From contig JBBIQB010000001.1 of NCBI GenBank assembly GCA_037442545.1, positions 1 through 63,721 on the forward strand: DNA of 63,721 nt, given 5' to 3'. Both the position numbers and the translations under genes were made by a program. This DNA is from Bellilinea sp. (lineage in GTDB: Bacteria; Chloroflexota; Anaerolineae; Anaerolineales; Anaerolineaceae). This document shows, piece by piece, positions 17,930-27,786 of this stretch. A model generated the notes under the pieces. That model made no database searches, had not been told where the DNA came from, and saw nothing but the letters and a program-made list of their open reading frames with translations. Numbering within the stretch: the stretch's first letter is position 1; each line of letters begins with the position of its first letter.

Positions 17930-19695
17930 TGAACGTAAAAATAATTTCCTTCATTCTTTTATTCGTCCTGGTGATCACCCCGCTCGCCGGGGGGGTGACC
18001 CAGCCGGCTGCGGCGCAAACGCCCGCGCTGAACGTCACCCCCGACAGCGCCGCCAAAACCGGCATACCCGGCGCGGTGGTCTTCTATACGCTGACCCTCA
18101 ACAACACCGGCGGCAGCACGCTCAACCTGACTGCGCCCGAACCGACGTCGCTCAACGACTGGCCGGCTTCGGTCAGTCTGAACGACCCAATCCTTGACCC
18201 CGGCGAGAGCACCAGCGCGGTGGTTTCGATCGCCATCCCGGCGGCAACCGCCGACGGCGGTATGGACGTAACCACCGTGCGCTTTCTGGACGGGGCAAAC
18301 GAGGTCGCCGGCCTTTCGCTGACCACCACTGCCCAACGCCCAACCCCGCCCGCCAGCGGCCGCCCGCTGCTGGTGCTCGATTCGTACGGCGTGACCGGGG
18401 ATGCCGAGATCATCCCCGGGCAGGAGTTCGAGCTGCGTCTGACGGTGGTCAACCGCGGGCAGGATTTTGCCCGTAATGTGCGCATCACCTTTGGCGGCAG
18501 CGACTTCCTGCCGGTGGACACCGGCGGGGTGCGCGCGCTGAACGAGGTCGACCCGAACGAGAAGGTTAACGTCTTCCAGCCGCTGATCGCCAACCCCGCG
18601 CTCAGCGGGCAATCGGTTGCCACGTTGTCGGTCGCGGTGGCGTACACCAACCTGAACGGCAGTGAAACCTTCAGCGAAACGCTGACCATCACCATAAACC
18701 TCAAGAAACCTGCCGCCGGCGGACCGGCGCGCCCGACCGCCACGCCCACCCTGGTCAGCCGCCCGCAGCTGGTGGTCAGCGCTTACCGCACGGATGTCGA
18801 CCTGCTCCAACCCGGCGCAATTTTCAACCTGGAACTGGAAGTGCGCAATCTGGGCAGCGCCAATGCGCGCGCGGTGACAATGGTACTGGGCGGCGGGGCA
18901 TCGGTCAACGAGCAGGGCACGCCCGTACCGGGCGGCAGCGAACTGTCCACCTTTGCGCCGCTGGGCGCATCCAACCTGGTCTTTCTGGGCGAGGTGCCGG
19001 TCGGCGTGACCGTGTCCACCTCGCAAAAACTGATCGTCAACGTGACCGCCAACCCCGGCGCCTACCCGTTCAAGATATCGTTTATCTACGACGACGAGAA
19101 GGGCGCGCGCCAGGTCAACGATCAGGTCATCACCCTGCTGATCTACCAACTGCCGCAGGTGGAGGTCGGGTTCTACCGCGACCCGGGCTTTTTCTACACC
19201 AACCAACCCACCCAGCTGCCGCTGCAGGTGACCAACCTGGGGCGCAAGACCGCCGTGCTGGGCAACATGCGCGTGTCCTCCGCCAATGCCGAGATCACCA
19301 ACGCCGTCACCCTGGTGGGCTCGCTGGAACCGGGCGGCTACTTCACCCTGGACGCGATGGCAATGCCCTTCCAGCCGGGAACACTGGATATCGAAGTCAG
19401 TATCAATTACACCGACGACTTCAACCAGCCGCGCACCATCACCCAGGTTCTCAACGTCGAGGTGATTGACCTGCCCACCCCCGAAATGCCAACGGACGGT
19501 TTCCCGCCGGTGCAACCGGAAGTCCCGGTCGAGGAGACCTTCTTGCAGAGAGTGCTGCGTTTCCTGCGCGGTCTGGTCGGGCTGGACAGCGCCCAGCCAA
19601 CGCCCGCACCGTTCGAACCGCTGCCGGGTGAGGAAATTCCGCCGGGCGGCGAGCCGCTGCCAGTCGAGCCGCTGCCGCGCCCGAAGGGCGGGTAA
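17929..19695 (+). CDS. Secreted multi-Ig-domain protein, COG1361 (S-layer-like)/CARDB type
   Basis: Signal peptide (AAA-Q); repeated PG-x-F-x-L-x-L-x-V-x-N-x-G beta-sandwich modules; YTDDFNQ; Pro-rich C-terminus. Confidence 0.62.
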   Translation: MNVKIISFILLFVLVITPLAGGVTQPAAAQTPALNVTPDSAAKTGIPGAVVFYTLTLNNTGGSTLNLTAPEPTSLNDWPASVSLNDPILDPGESTSAVVSIAIPAATADGGMDVTTVRFLDGANEVAGLSLTTTAQRPTPPASGRPLLVLDSYGVTGDAEIIPGQEFELRLTVVNRGQDFARNVRITFGGSDFLPVDTGGVRALNEVDPNEKVNVFQPLIANPALSGQSVATLSVAVAYTNLNGSETFSETLTITINLKKPAAGGPARPTATPTLVSRPQLVVSAYRTDVDLLQPGAIFNLELEVRNLGSANARAVTMVLGGGASVNEQGTPVPGGSELSTFAPLGASNLVFLGEVPVGVTVSTSQKLIVNVTANPGAYPFKISFIYDDEKGARQVNDQVITLLIYQLPQVEVGFYRDPGFFYTNQPTQLPLQVTNLGRKTAVLGNMRVSSANAEITNAVTLVGSLEPGGYFTLDAMAMPFQPGTLDIEVSINYTDDFNQPRTITQVLNVEVIDLPTPEMPTDGFPPVQPEVPVEETFLQRVLRFLRGLVGLDSAQPTPAPFEPLPGEEIPPGGEPLPVEPLPRPKGG

Positions 19696-19766
19696 CCCCC
19701 GCAGAGGGACGACCGGCAACCCTTTCTTATTGGTAGTGATGAGGGTAGTGGAAAGTGAGGTGAAGA

Positions 19767-21084
19767 ATGCGTTTCTTCGATCTGATTAAACTGATCTTCG
19801 ACAACCTTGGCAGGCGCAAAGGACGCGTTGCGCTAACCGCCATTGGCGTGGTGATCGGCACCGCCTCGGTCATCCTGCTGGTTTCGCTGGCAATTGGCTT
19901 GCAGCGCAGCGCCACCAGCCAGTTGTGGGGCATCTCCGACCTGAAACGGATCGATGTCTATCCCGGCTGGACGGATGTGGGTCCCGGTCCGGTTGCGGTG
20001 GACCCATCCACCGGCATGCCGCCGGGGGTCACACTACTCACCCCCACCACCGTGGAGGAGATCCGCTCGATTCCCGGCGTGGCGCTGGTCAGCGTGCGCC
20101 AGAGCCTGAGCGGCGGCGGGGTGATCCAGTTCGGCCGCCTGGAAACCTACCCGTGGATGCAGGGCGTGGACGTGGACGACCTGGCAATGTACGAGTTCAC
20201 CACCCAGGTCGGCACGACCGTGCTGGAGCCGGGCACTGCGGTGGTTGGTTCGTGGGTTTTGAGGAATTTCTACGACCCGCGCCAGCGCCCCGGACAGGAG
20301 CCCACCCCCCCGCCTACGCCGGAGGAGTTCGTCGGGCAGCGGGTCAAGTTCGTTCTGACCAAGTGGACCCAAGATGGGCAGCCGGTCAACCGCACCATCA
20401 CCCTGCGGATTGCCGGCGTGCTGACCGAGGCGCGCGGCGAGCAGGACGGGGCAATGTTCGTCCGCCTGGACGACCTGCTCAAATGGGAGGAGTGGGTGCG
20501 CGGCAGGCGAGTCAACTTCAACAAAGAAGGCTACAACCAGCTGCTGGTGCGCGCCGAGGATCCCAGCCAGGTGGTCGAAATCGCCGATCAGATCAATGCG
20601 CTGGGCTATCAGGCATCCACGCCGCAGTCCTACGTCGAGGGGATCAACAGTTTCTTCGTCATTTTACAGCTGGTTTTTGGCGGCATTGGCGCCATTTCGC
20701 TGCTGGTGGCGGCGATCGGCATTGCCAACACCATGACTATGGCGATTCTGGAACGCACCCGCGAGATCGGTTTGATGAAAGCCATTGGCGCCACCAACCG
20801 GGACGTGCTGAGCATCTTTCTGGGCGAGTCGGCGGGCATCGGCTTGATCGGCGGAATCGGTGGGGTGCTGCCGGGCTGGGGCAATTGGCTTCCTGGCGAC
20901 CACCTTCCTGGCGGGGCAGGGCGGGCAGTTTGGCGGTCCGCCCAGCGGGATGACCACCTACACTCCCGCCTGGCTGCCGGTGTTCGCGCTGCTGTTTTCG
21001 ACGCTGGTTGGGCTGCTGTCCGGGTTGTACCCGTCGCTGCGCGCCGCAACGCTGGTGCCGGTCAACGCGCTCAAGTACGAGTAG
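19767..21084 (+). pseudogene. MacB/FtsX-family ABC permease with a frameshift near 20880
   Basis: RVALTAIGVVIG...GIANTMTMAILERTREIGLMKAIGA in one frame; the canonical ending GLYPSLRAATLVPVNALKYE* is in another frame (stop 21084). Confidence 0.8.
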
Positions 21085-21105
21085 GGCTGTGTTTACGTCA
21101 TCGCC

Positions 21106-21780
21106 ATGCCCCCGAATCCGACGCCCCCGCCCCAATCCCCATCCAAACCGCGCGCCGCACTGCGCCGGGCGCGCATTGTGCTGCTGCTGGCGCTGCTGGG
21201 CGTGCTGAGCGTGGCGGGCAGCATTTACGCCTACGCCCAGCGCGGTGACCCGCTGCCCGCCGACGCCGGGATTGTGCTGGGCGCCTCGGTGTGGACCGAC
21301 CGCCCCTCGCCGGTTTTCGAGCAGCGCATCCTTCACGCGGTGCAGCTCTACCGGCGCGGGCAAATCGGCGCAATCATTTTCACCGGCGGGCTGAGTTCCG
21401 GCGATGCGCTCAGCGAAGCCGAAGCCGCCCGCGCCTATGCGCTGCGCGAAGGATTGCCGGAGGAGCACCTGTTCGTCGAGAGCATCTCGACCGGCACCTA
21501 CCAAAACCTGCAGCAAGCCCGCCAGATCATCGAGCAGCAGGATTTTGGGCGCGTGCTGATTATCTCCGACCCGCTGCACATGAAGCGCGCCGTGGCAATG
21601 GCGCGTGACCTGGGGCTGGACGCGCACCCCTCGCCCACCCGGACCAGCCGCTACATTAGCCTGCGCAGCCAGCTGCGCTTTTTAACCCGCGAAACCTACT
21701 TTTACCTCTCCTACCAGGTGGCGCACCTGCTGGGCATCTCGCCCGACCGCGCCCGCGAAGGGCTGGAGCCCGCGCCGTGA
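21106..21780 (+). CDS. YdcF/ElyC (DUF218) family protein
   Basis: N-terminal TM, ADAGIVLGA, IIFTGG, SEAEA, STGTYQN, SDPLHMKRA. Confidence 0.88.
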   Translation: MPPNPTPPPQSPSKPRAALRRARIVLLLALLGVLSVAGSIYAYAQRGDPLPADAGIVLGASVWTDRPSPVFEQRILHAVQLYRRGQIGAIIFTGGLSSGDALSEAEAARAYALREGLPEEHLFVESISTGTYQNLQQARQIIEQQDFGRVLIISDPLHMKRAVAMARDLGLDAHPSPTRTSRYISLRSQLRFLTRETYFYLSYQVAHLLGISPDRAREGLEPAP

Positions 21781-21891
21781 ATCGCCTGGCGGGGGGTGGG
21801 GTACAATCGGGGTGATGTGTTTATTCCCGCTACCTGGAAATCCCCCATGCACAGTGAAATCGTAACGTAACGTGAAAGTTAAGCGGCAATC

Positions 21892-22647
21892 TTAAACCGG
21901 TTTGCGCCACACCTGGTATACACTCAGCCGCCCGCCTTCACCGTCCGATTCGAACGTCTCGAGGATGACAAACCCGCTTTCCTCCGCCAGGCGGCTCAAC
22001 TCCGCCAGCGAGAACAGGTGGACGTAGCGCAACCCGACCTGCTGCGCCTGTCCGGGCAGCGCATGGCGCCAGTCGAGCAGCGTGTCGCCCTCCTCCAGTT
22101 CCGCCGGGTCGATCCCGGCGTGCTGCCAGGGCAGGATGCGCGCCCGCCAGCGGGCGGAGCGCTGGAACTGCCATTCGGAATGGATGAACACCCCGCCGGG
22201 CGGCAGCAGTTGGTTCAGATCGCCCAGCACCCGCCGGCGCAAATCGTGCGAAGGTAAATGATGCAGCACGGCGAACGCCAGGGCAACCTCGAACGGCAAG
22301 GCGGCTGCCTGTTCCACCCACGCCGCGTCCGCCAGGTCGGCGCGGGCAAAGCGGATGTCCACCCCGCCAGGCGGGGCAGCCCGCAGCGCCGCCCGCGCTT
22401 GCGCCAGCAGCACGGCGGAGGAATCCAGCCCCAGGTACGAGCCGGTCTGCCAGCGGCGGTCGAGTTCCAGCGCCAGCGCGCCGGAGCCGCAGCCCAGGTC
22501 GAGCAGCCGCCCGCCGACCGGCAGGCTTTCCATCACCCGGTGCACGCCCGGCTGAATACGCCGGCGGGTGGCGGCAAACGCCGCGCCGAATGTCTGGTAA
22601 AATTGGGCATTGATCTGCAATAACGCGCTGACCGTTTCGGCTTTCAT
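21892..22647 (-). CDS. Class I SAM-dependent methyltransferase
   Basis: LLDLGCGSG motif I, AVLHHLP, RYVHLFS. Confidence 0.85.
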   Translation of the reverse strand: MKAETVSALLQINAQFYQTFGAAFAATRRRIQPGVHRVMESLPVGGRLLDLGCGSGALALELDRRWQTGSYLGLDSSAVLLAQARAALRAAPPGGVDIRFARADLADAAWVEQAAALPFEVALAFAVLHHLPSHDLRRRVLGDLNQLLPPGGVFIHSEWQFQRSARWRARILPWQHAGIDPAELEEGDTLLDWRHALPGQAQQVGLRYVHLFSLAELSRLAEESGFVILETFESDGEGGRLSVYQVWRKPV

Positions 22648-22702
22648 GGCTGCCCCGATCACAAGGATGATTTACCGGTATCATACCCCACTTTGAGCCA
22701 GC

Positions 22703-24301
22703 ATGGACGAACAAATCTGGCTGGCGAAACGCCAGTTAACCCCCGACAAGATGGAACATGCCCGCGCGATTCTGGAAGAGGTGCGCGCCGGCGGTGAGGT
22801 GTTCAAAGCCGTCCGCCGCCGCCCGCTGCCCGATGGCGGCTACCTGTCCAAGTCGCTGCTGGTGGCGGCTTACCGCGCACTGGTGGCGAGCGGCGAATGG
22901 CAGGCGGACGACGATCTGCTGGCGCGCATCCGCATGAAGCCGGTGCGCACGCTCTCCGGCGTGACTACCGTGACGGTGCTGACCAAGCCGTATCCCTGTC
23001 CGGGCAAGTGCATTTTCTGCCCGACCGATGTGCGCATGCCCAAAAGCTACCTGCCGGACGAACCCGGCGCCGCGCGCGCCTTCCAGAACGATTTCGACCC
23101 GTATTTGCAGGTGCAAACCCGCCTGGCATCCTACCACGCCAACGGACACCCAACCGACAAGATCGAGCTGCTCATTCTGGGCGGCACGTGGAGCGCCTAC
23201 CGGCGCGACTACCAGGAGTGGTTTGTCAAACGCTGCTTCGATGCGATGAACGGCTTCGACTCGCCGGCGCTGGCGGATGCCCAGCGCGCCAACGAGACCG
23301 CCGCCAGCCGCAACGTCGGGCTGGTGATCGAGACCCGCCCGGACGAGGTCACCCGCAGCGAGATCGCCTGGCTGCGCTACCTGGGGGTGACCAAGGTGCA
23401 AATGGGAGCACAATCGCTGGATGACGCCATCCTCGCCCTCAACCAGCGCGGGCACACCGCCGCGGATACCCTGCAAGCCACCGCGCTGCTGCGCGCGGCG
23501 GGGTTCAAGGTGGTGCTGCACTGGATGCCCAACCTGCTCGGCGCCACTCTCGTCAGCGACCGGACGGACTTTGAGCGGCTGTGGCAGGGCTACTGCCCGG
23601 ACGAGATCAAAATCTACCCCTGTCAGCTGCTGGAAAACACCGATCTGTACGCCTGCTGGCAGCGCGGCGAATATCAACCCTACACCACTGCCGAACTGAT
23701 CGACCTGATTGCCGACCTCAAACCAGGCATTCCGCCCTACTGCCGCGTTAACCGGGTGATCCGCGACATCCCCTCCACGCATGTGGTCGAGGGAAACCGC
23801 CGCACCAGCCTGCGCATGGATGTGATGGTGGAACTGGAGCGGCGCGGGCAACGCTGCGGCTGTATCCGCTGTTACGAGGTGCGCGGCGAGCGGGTGGACG
23901 CTGGCACGCTGCGCCTGGAGGATTTCATCTACCCGGCGGCATACGCCGAGGAACACTTCCTGCACTTCCGCACCCCGCAGGAGCAGATCGCTGGCTACTT
24001 GCGCCTGTCGCTGCCTGCCGCCGCTGCGCCGCTCCTGGGGCTGTCCGACCTGAACGGTGCGGCGCTGATCCGCGAGGTGCACGTGTACGGGCAGTCGCTG
24101 CCGGTTGGCGTCGATCAGGAGGGGGCAGCCCAACACGCCGGTCTGGGCAGGCAATTAATTCACGCGGCCGAACGGATCGCCAGCCAGGCAGGCTTCCGGC
24201 GCATGGCGGTCATCGCGGCGGTTGGCACGCGGCGCTACTACCAGCAGCGCGGCTTTGCGATGGGCGAATTGTACATGGTCAAGCCGCTGGGCGGGGATTG
24301 A
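22703..24301 (+). CDS. elp3: Elp3-family tRNA uridine(34) acetyltransferase (radical SAM + GNAT)
   Basis: KPVRTLSGV, CPGKCIFCP, MPKSY, ETRPD, IKIYP, IREVHVYG, QHAGLG, IAAVGTRRYY. Confidence 0.92.
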   Translation: MDEQIWLAKRQLTPDKMEHARAILEEVRAGGEVFKAVRRRPLPDGGYLSKSLLVAAYRALVASGEWQADDDLLARIRMKPVRTLSGVTTVTVLTKPYPCPGKCIFCPTDVRMPKSYLPDEPGAARAFQNDFDPYLQVQTRLASYHANGHPTDKIELLILGGTWSAYRRDYQEWFVKRCFDAMNGFDSPALADAQRANETAASRNVGLVIETRPDEVTRSEIAWLRYLGVTKVQMGAQSLDDAILALNQRGHTAADTLQATALLRAAGFKVVLHWMPNLLGATLVSDRTDFERLWQGYCPDEIKIYPCQLLENTDLYACWQRGEYQPYTTAELIDLIADLKPGIPPYCRVNRVIRDIPSTHVVEGNRRTSLRMDVMVELERRGQRCGCIRCYEVRGERVDAGTLRLEDFIYPAAYAEEHFLHFRTPQEQIAGYLRLSLPAAAAPLLGLSDLNGAALIREVHVYGQSLPVGVDQEGAAQHAGLGRQLIHAAERIASQAGFRRMAVIAAVGTRRYYQQRGFAMGELYMVKPLGGD

Positions 24302-24385
24302 TCCTGCGCACACGGGTAGCCTGACGACGTAAACGCGACTCCGCACGCATGGTCCGGCACGCTCGCCACGCGCACGCGGTGGCGG

Positions 24386-25714
24386 TTAACCCGCACTGTC
24401 GCCGTCTGCCTTCGCGGACGGCAGCGGAGAAACCGAAGCGTCTGCCGCCTGGGGGCGCAGGCGAGCGTTCATGAACAGCAACAAAAACAGGTTGATCAGC
24501 GCCAGCAGCCCCAGCGCCAGCCAAGCCAGCTGATTTTGCGCCCCGTATTCCGCCGGCAGCAGGCGCAGCGGCAGCTGCGGCAGCGCCGGCGCCGCGCTGA
24601 GGATGGCAAACAGGTTCCAGGCAGCGTGCAACCCAACTGCCAGCAGGTAGCTGCCCGCCAGGCGCAGCGCATTGCCGATCTGCCCCGCCTGATTTTGGCG
24701 GGGTTGCCCCGCCTGATTTTGGCGGGGTTGCCCCGCCTGAGTCTGGCGGGGTTTTTGCCAGAAACACGCCATGCCCCAGCCGAGGATGCCGGTGGCGGTC
24801 ATGTGCAGCAGCACGCTGCCCACGCGCAGCACCAGGATCACCGTCCCGCCGCCTTCACCCGCGCTGCCCAGCGCGTTGATGTTCTCCCACAGCCCAAAGG
24901 CTGCCCCGCACAGCGCCCCGCCCAGAAAGCCCTGCGCCGGGGTCAGGCGGTCGCCGGCAAACAACCACAACGCCAGCGGCTTGAGCAGTTCCTCCACCAG
25001 CGGGGTCAGACCGGCAATCAGTCCAATCAGCAAGGCAACAATAACCGGGTCTGTGAACAGCATATCGGAGATGCGGGTGAGCAGCGCCGGGTCGAGTTGT
25101 CCCTCGTTCAGGCTCTGCATCAGCGGCAGCAGGCGCAGGGTTAATTCCGGGCGGTTGTACAGGTACACCCCCACGCCAATGAAGTACAGCACCAGTCCGA
25201 ACAGCGAAACCAGCAGCGTGACCGGAATGGTGACCACCAGCGAGAGGGCGGGAAGCACCCAAGCGCGCGATTGCGGCAGCGGCTCGAGCCGCTGCCGGGC
25301 AAGTTCGAACAGCCACCAAACCGGCAGTACCGCGCCGGTCACCACCAGCGGCGGCAGGAACAGCCACGCCAGATCGGATTGCTCGACGCGCTGGAACAGC
25401 AGCAGCACCACCGCCCACACCAGCAGCGCGGCGCTTGCACTTTTAAGCCTGCCCGTAGCGGATGCCGCCACCGGGCGCGGGCGCAGCACGGCAAACAGGG
25501 CGCGCGTGACCAGCGCGCCGAGCAGCGCGCTGGTCCACGCCAGATTAAAGAAGAAAACCACCGGGGTGGGCGGCGAATCGATCAATCCGCTGAGGAAGAG
25601 CACGCCCGCCAGCAGCGCGATCAGCGCCGCGCCGAACGCGCTCAACCCGCCCACCGCCAGAATGACGATCAGCAGCCAGTAACGCCAGACCGGTTCAACG
25701 CTTGCCTGCATCAT
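24386..25714 (-). CDS. PrsW-family intramembrane metalloprotease
   Basis: PLVEELLK, GAAFGLWEN, LLH and GLHAAWN motifs, many TM segments. Confidence 0.82.
   Translation of the reverse strand: MMQASVEPVWRYWLLIVILAVGGLSAFGAALIALLAGVLFLSGLIDSPPTPVVFFFNLAWTSALLGALVTRALFAVLRPRPVAASATGRLKSASAALLVWAVVLLLFQRVEQSDLAWLFLPPLVVTGAVLPVWWLFELARQRLEPLPQSRAWVLPALSLVVTIPVTLLVSLFGLVLYFIGVGVYLYNRPELTLRLLPLMQSLNEGQLDPALLTRISDMLFTDPVIVALLIGLIAGLTPLVEELLKPLALWLFAGDRLTPAQGFLGGALCGAAFGLWENINALGSAGEGGGTVILVLRVGSVLLHMTATGILGWGMACFWQKPRQTQAGQPRQNQAGQPRQNQAGQIGNALRLAGSYLLAVGLHAAWNLFAILSAAPALPQLPLRLLPAEYGAQNQLAWLALGLLALINLFLLLFMNARLRPQAADASVSPLPSAKADGDSAG
24681..24752. repeat. 3 x 24-bp tandem palindromic repeat inside the PrsW-family gene
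   Basis: TGCCCCGCC-TGATTTT-GGCGGGGT x2 plus one variant; encodes (K/Q)PRQ(T/N)QAG x3. Confidence 0.92.
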
Positions 25715-25732
25715 CAAGCCTCGCGGCGCGGG

Positions 25733-26986
25733 TTAGTTCTCGTCGATGGTCACACTCAGCACCGTCGAGCCGGGCGGCAGATCCGCCGGGGCGCTGCTGG
25801 CAGGGTCGCGCGGGGTGAGCGCCTGGACAACCTCCATGCCTTCGATCACTTCGCCGAAGATGGTGTAACCGCCGTCCAACTGGGGTGTTTCCGTGTAGGT
25901 GATGAAGAACTGGCTGCCGTTGGTGTCGGCGCCGGCGTTCGCCATACCGACCAGCCCGGCGCGGTCGAATTTCATATCCGCCGAAACCTCGTTGGCGAAC
26001 TGGTAGCCCGGTCCGCCGAAGCCGGTGCCGGAGGGGTCGCCAGCCTGGGCGACGAAATCGGGCAGCACGCGGTGGAAGATCATCCCGTCGAAGTAGCCCA
26101 TCTTTGCCAGAAAGACGAACGAGTTGACCGCCAGGGGGGCTTTATCGGCGTACAGTTGGATCTTAATGTCACCCTGGTCGGTCTTGAGCGTGGCGGTGTA
26201 CTGCTTATCGGGCGAGGTGATTACCGGCGGGCACTGGTCGTACTGCTTGGGGCGCAGGTTTGCCAGTTTGAGGATCGCATCCAGGGTGGCTGGGTCGTAG
26301 GGCACCTGGTCTTCGGGGACGAAGATCAGCTCGCCATCGATGAAGATGTACAGAGAGGGTGTGCCCTGCAAGCCCATTTCGACGCCCTGCTGAAAGGCGC
26401 CTTCCACCTTGCGCACCACCGCCTCGGTGTTCAAATCGCGGCTGAAGCGGGCAGCATCCAGATCAATGGCGGCGGCTTGCTCGCCCAGCCAGTTCTCGAA
26501 ATCGGCTTTGCTTTGGGTGGACCAGGTTTGCCAGTTGGCTTCGGCAAACAGCAGGTCGTGCATCTCCCAGAATTTGCCTTGCAATCCGGCTGCTTCGGCA
26601 GCCTGGGCAGCCAGCACGGCTTTGTCGTGCGAGCTGAGCGGGAAGTGGCGGAAGACCACCCGCACCTGGTCGGGGTTGGCTTCTTCGAACTGTTTGAGCA
26701 GCTGCCCGGCAAGCGCGCAGTACGGGCATTGGAAATCGCTGTACTCAACCAGCGTCAGGCGGGCATTTTCCGGTCCGCGCGACCAGTCATCCGCGCTGAC
26801 CAGCGGCAATTTGACCGACGCCGGGTCACGCGGCTCGGGGAACAGCGAGAACAGCGTACACGCCATGGGGGGACCTTCCGGCAGCGGCTTGCGGGTGGGG
26901 GTCGGCTCGGCAGTCGGGGCAGCCGGGGCGCACGCCGCCAGCAGCAGGGCGACGATCAGAAGCATCCATAATCCAGTTTTACGCAT
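25733..26986 (-). CDS. Lipoprotein fusing a DsbA-like thioredoxin domain and a cyclophilin PPIase
   Basis: Lipobox LAAC; YSDFQCPYC, FRHFPL and GTP (DsbA-like); FHRVLPDFVAQAGDP...MANAGADTNGSQFFIT (cyclophilin). Confidence 0.9.
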   Translation of the reverse strand: MRKTGLWMLLIVALLLAACAPAAPTAEPTPTRKPLPEGPPMACTLFSLFPEPRDPASVKLPLVSADDWSRGPENARLTLVEYSDFQCPYCALAGQLLKQFEEANPDQVRVVFRHFPLSSHDKAVLAAQAAEAAGLQGKFWEMHDLLFAEANWQTWSTQSKADFENWLGEQAAAIDLDAARFSRDLNTEAVVRKVEGAFQQGVEMGLQGTPSLYIFIDGELIFVPEDQVPYDPATLDAILKLANLRPKQYDQCPPVITSPDKQYTATLKTDQGDIKIQLYADKAPLAVNSFVFLAKMGYFDGMIFHRVLPDFVAQAGDPSGTGFGGPGYQFANEVSADMKFDRAGLVGMANAGADTNGSQFFITYTETPQLDGGYTIFGEVIEGMEVVQALTPRDPASSAPADLPPGSTVLSVTIDEN

Positions 26987-27001
26987 CAGAGGGGTACCTT
27001 T

Positions 27002-27619
27002 CTAAGGGGAATTCAGGCGCGCCAGAACATTGTGGCGCAGCACAGCTTGGACCGCGTCGGCGGGCTGGCAGGCGTCCACCACCACCCAGCGCTGCGGTTC
27101 GGCGGCAGCCAGTTGGAAGTAGCCTTGGCGCACGCGGCGGTGAAACTCCGCGTCGTAGGCGTCCAGGCGGTTCCATTCGCTGGCAGCCTGTTTACGGCGC
27201 AGCCCGTCGAGCGGGTCAATATCGAGCAAAAAGGTCAGGTCGGGTTGCAGTCCGCCGGTAGCAAAGTCGAGCAGGCGGCGCAGCATGTCCAGATCAACGC
27301 TGTGACCGTAGCCCTGGTAGGCAAGGGTCGAGTCGGCGTAGCGGTCGCACAGGATGACCGTGCCCTGTGCCAGCGCCGGGCGGATGACCTCCTCGACCAG
27401 TTGGGCGCGCGCCGCCAGGAAGAGCAGAATCTCGCTGCGCGGGTGCATGGCGGTATTGCCCAGGTGCATCAGAATCGCGCGCACCTGTTCGCTGATCGAC
27501 GTACCGCCAGGCTCGCGCAGGCTGAGCGTCTGCCGCCCGCCAGCGCGCAAAAACTGCGCCAGCGCGTTGATCTGGGTGGTCTTGCCGCCGCCTTCGGGTC
27601 CTTCCAGGGTTATGAACAA
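27002..27619 (-). CDS. tmk: Thymidylate kinase
   Basis: FITLEGPEGGGKTTQ, REPGG, LFLAARAQ, CDRYADSTLAYQGYG. Confidence 0.96.
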   Translation of the reverse strand: MFITLEGPEGGGKTTQINALAQFLRAGGRQTLSLREPGGTSISEQVRAILMHLGNTAMHPRSEILLFLAARAQLVEEVIRPALAQGTVILCDRYADSTLAYQGYGHSVDLDMLRRLLDFATGGLQPDLTFLLDIDPLDGLRRKQAASEWNRLDAYDAEFHRRVRQGYFQLAAAEPQRWVVVDACQPADAVQAVLRHNVLARLNSP

Positions 27620-27786
27620 GAAAAGCCGTACTCCTTGCGATCTGCAGCGCCTGTCATTGGATGGAATTGTACCAGAGAAAACCGGGAGCGAAACGGGGCA
27701 ATCGGATCGGTTGCCGTTTTGCCGCCAGCCGCCGGGCGAAAAAATGGGGCTGGAAATCCCCCCGGCGGCTGTGATACAATCTGCCC

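Noticed and set aside
18591-18612. CAACCCCGCGCTCAGCGGGCAA as a fifth copy of the coding palindrome
   Set aside because: Shorter stem and a different reading frame (NPALSGQ); could arise by chance in GC-rich coding DNA
21802-21865. Leaderless 16-codon ORF after TACAAT-N7-ATG
   Set aside because: Too short and featureless to call; may be an orphan promoter from a deleted gene
21861-21880. CGTAACGTAACGTGAAAG as a third parS
   Set aside because: Only half matches the consensus and it is not palindromic
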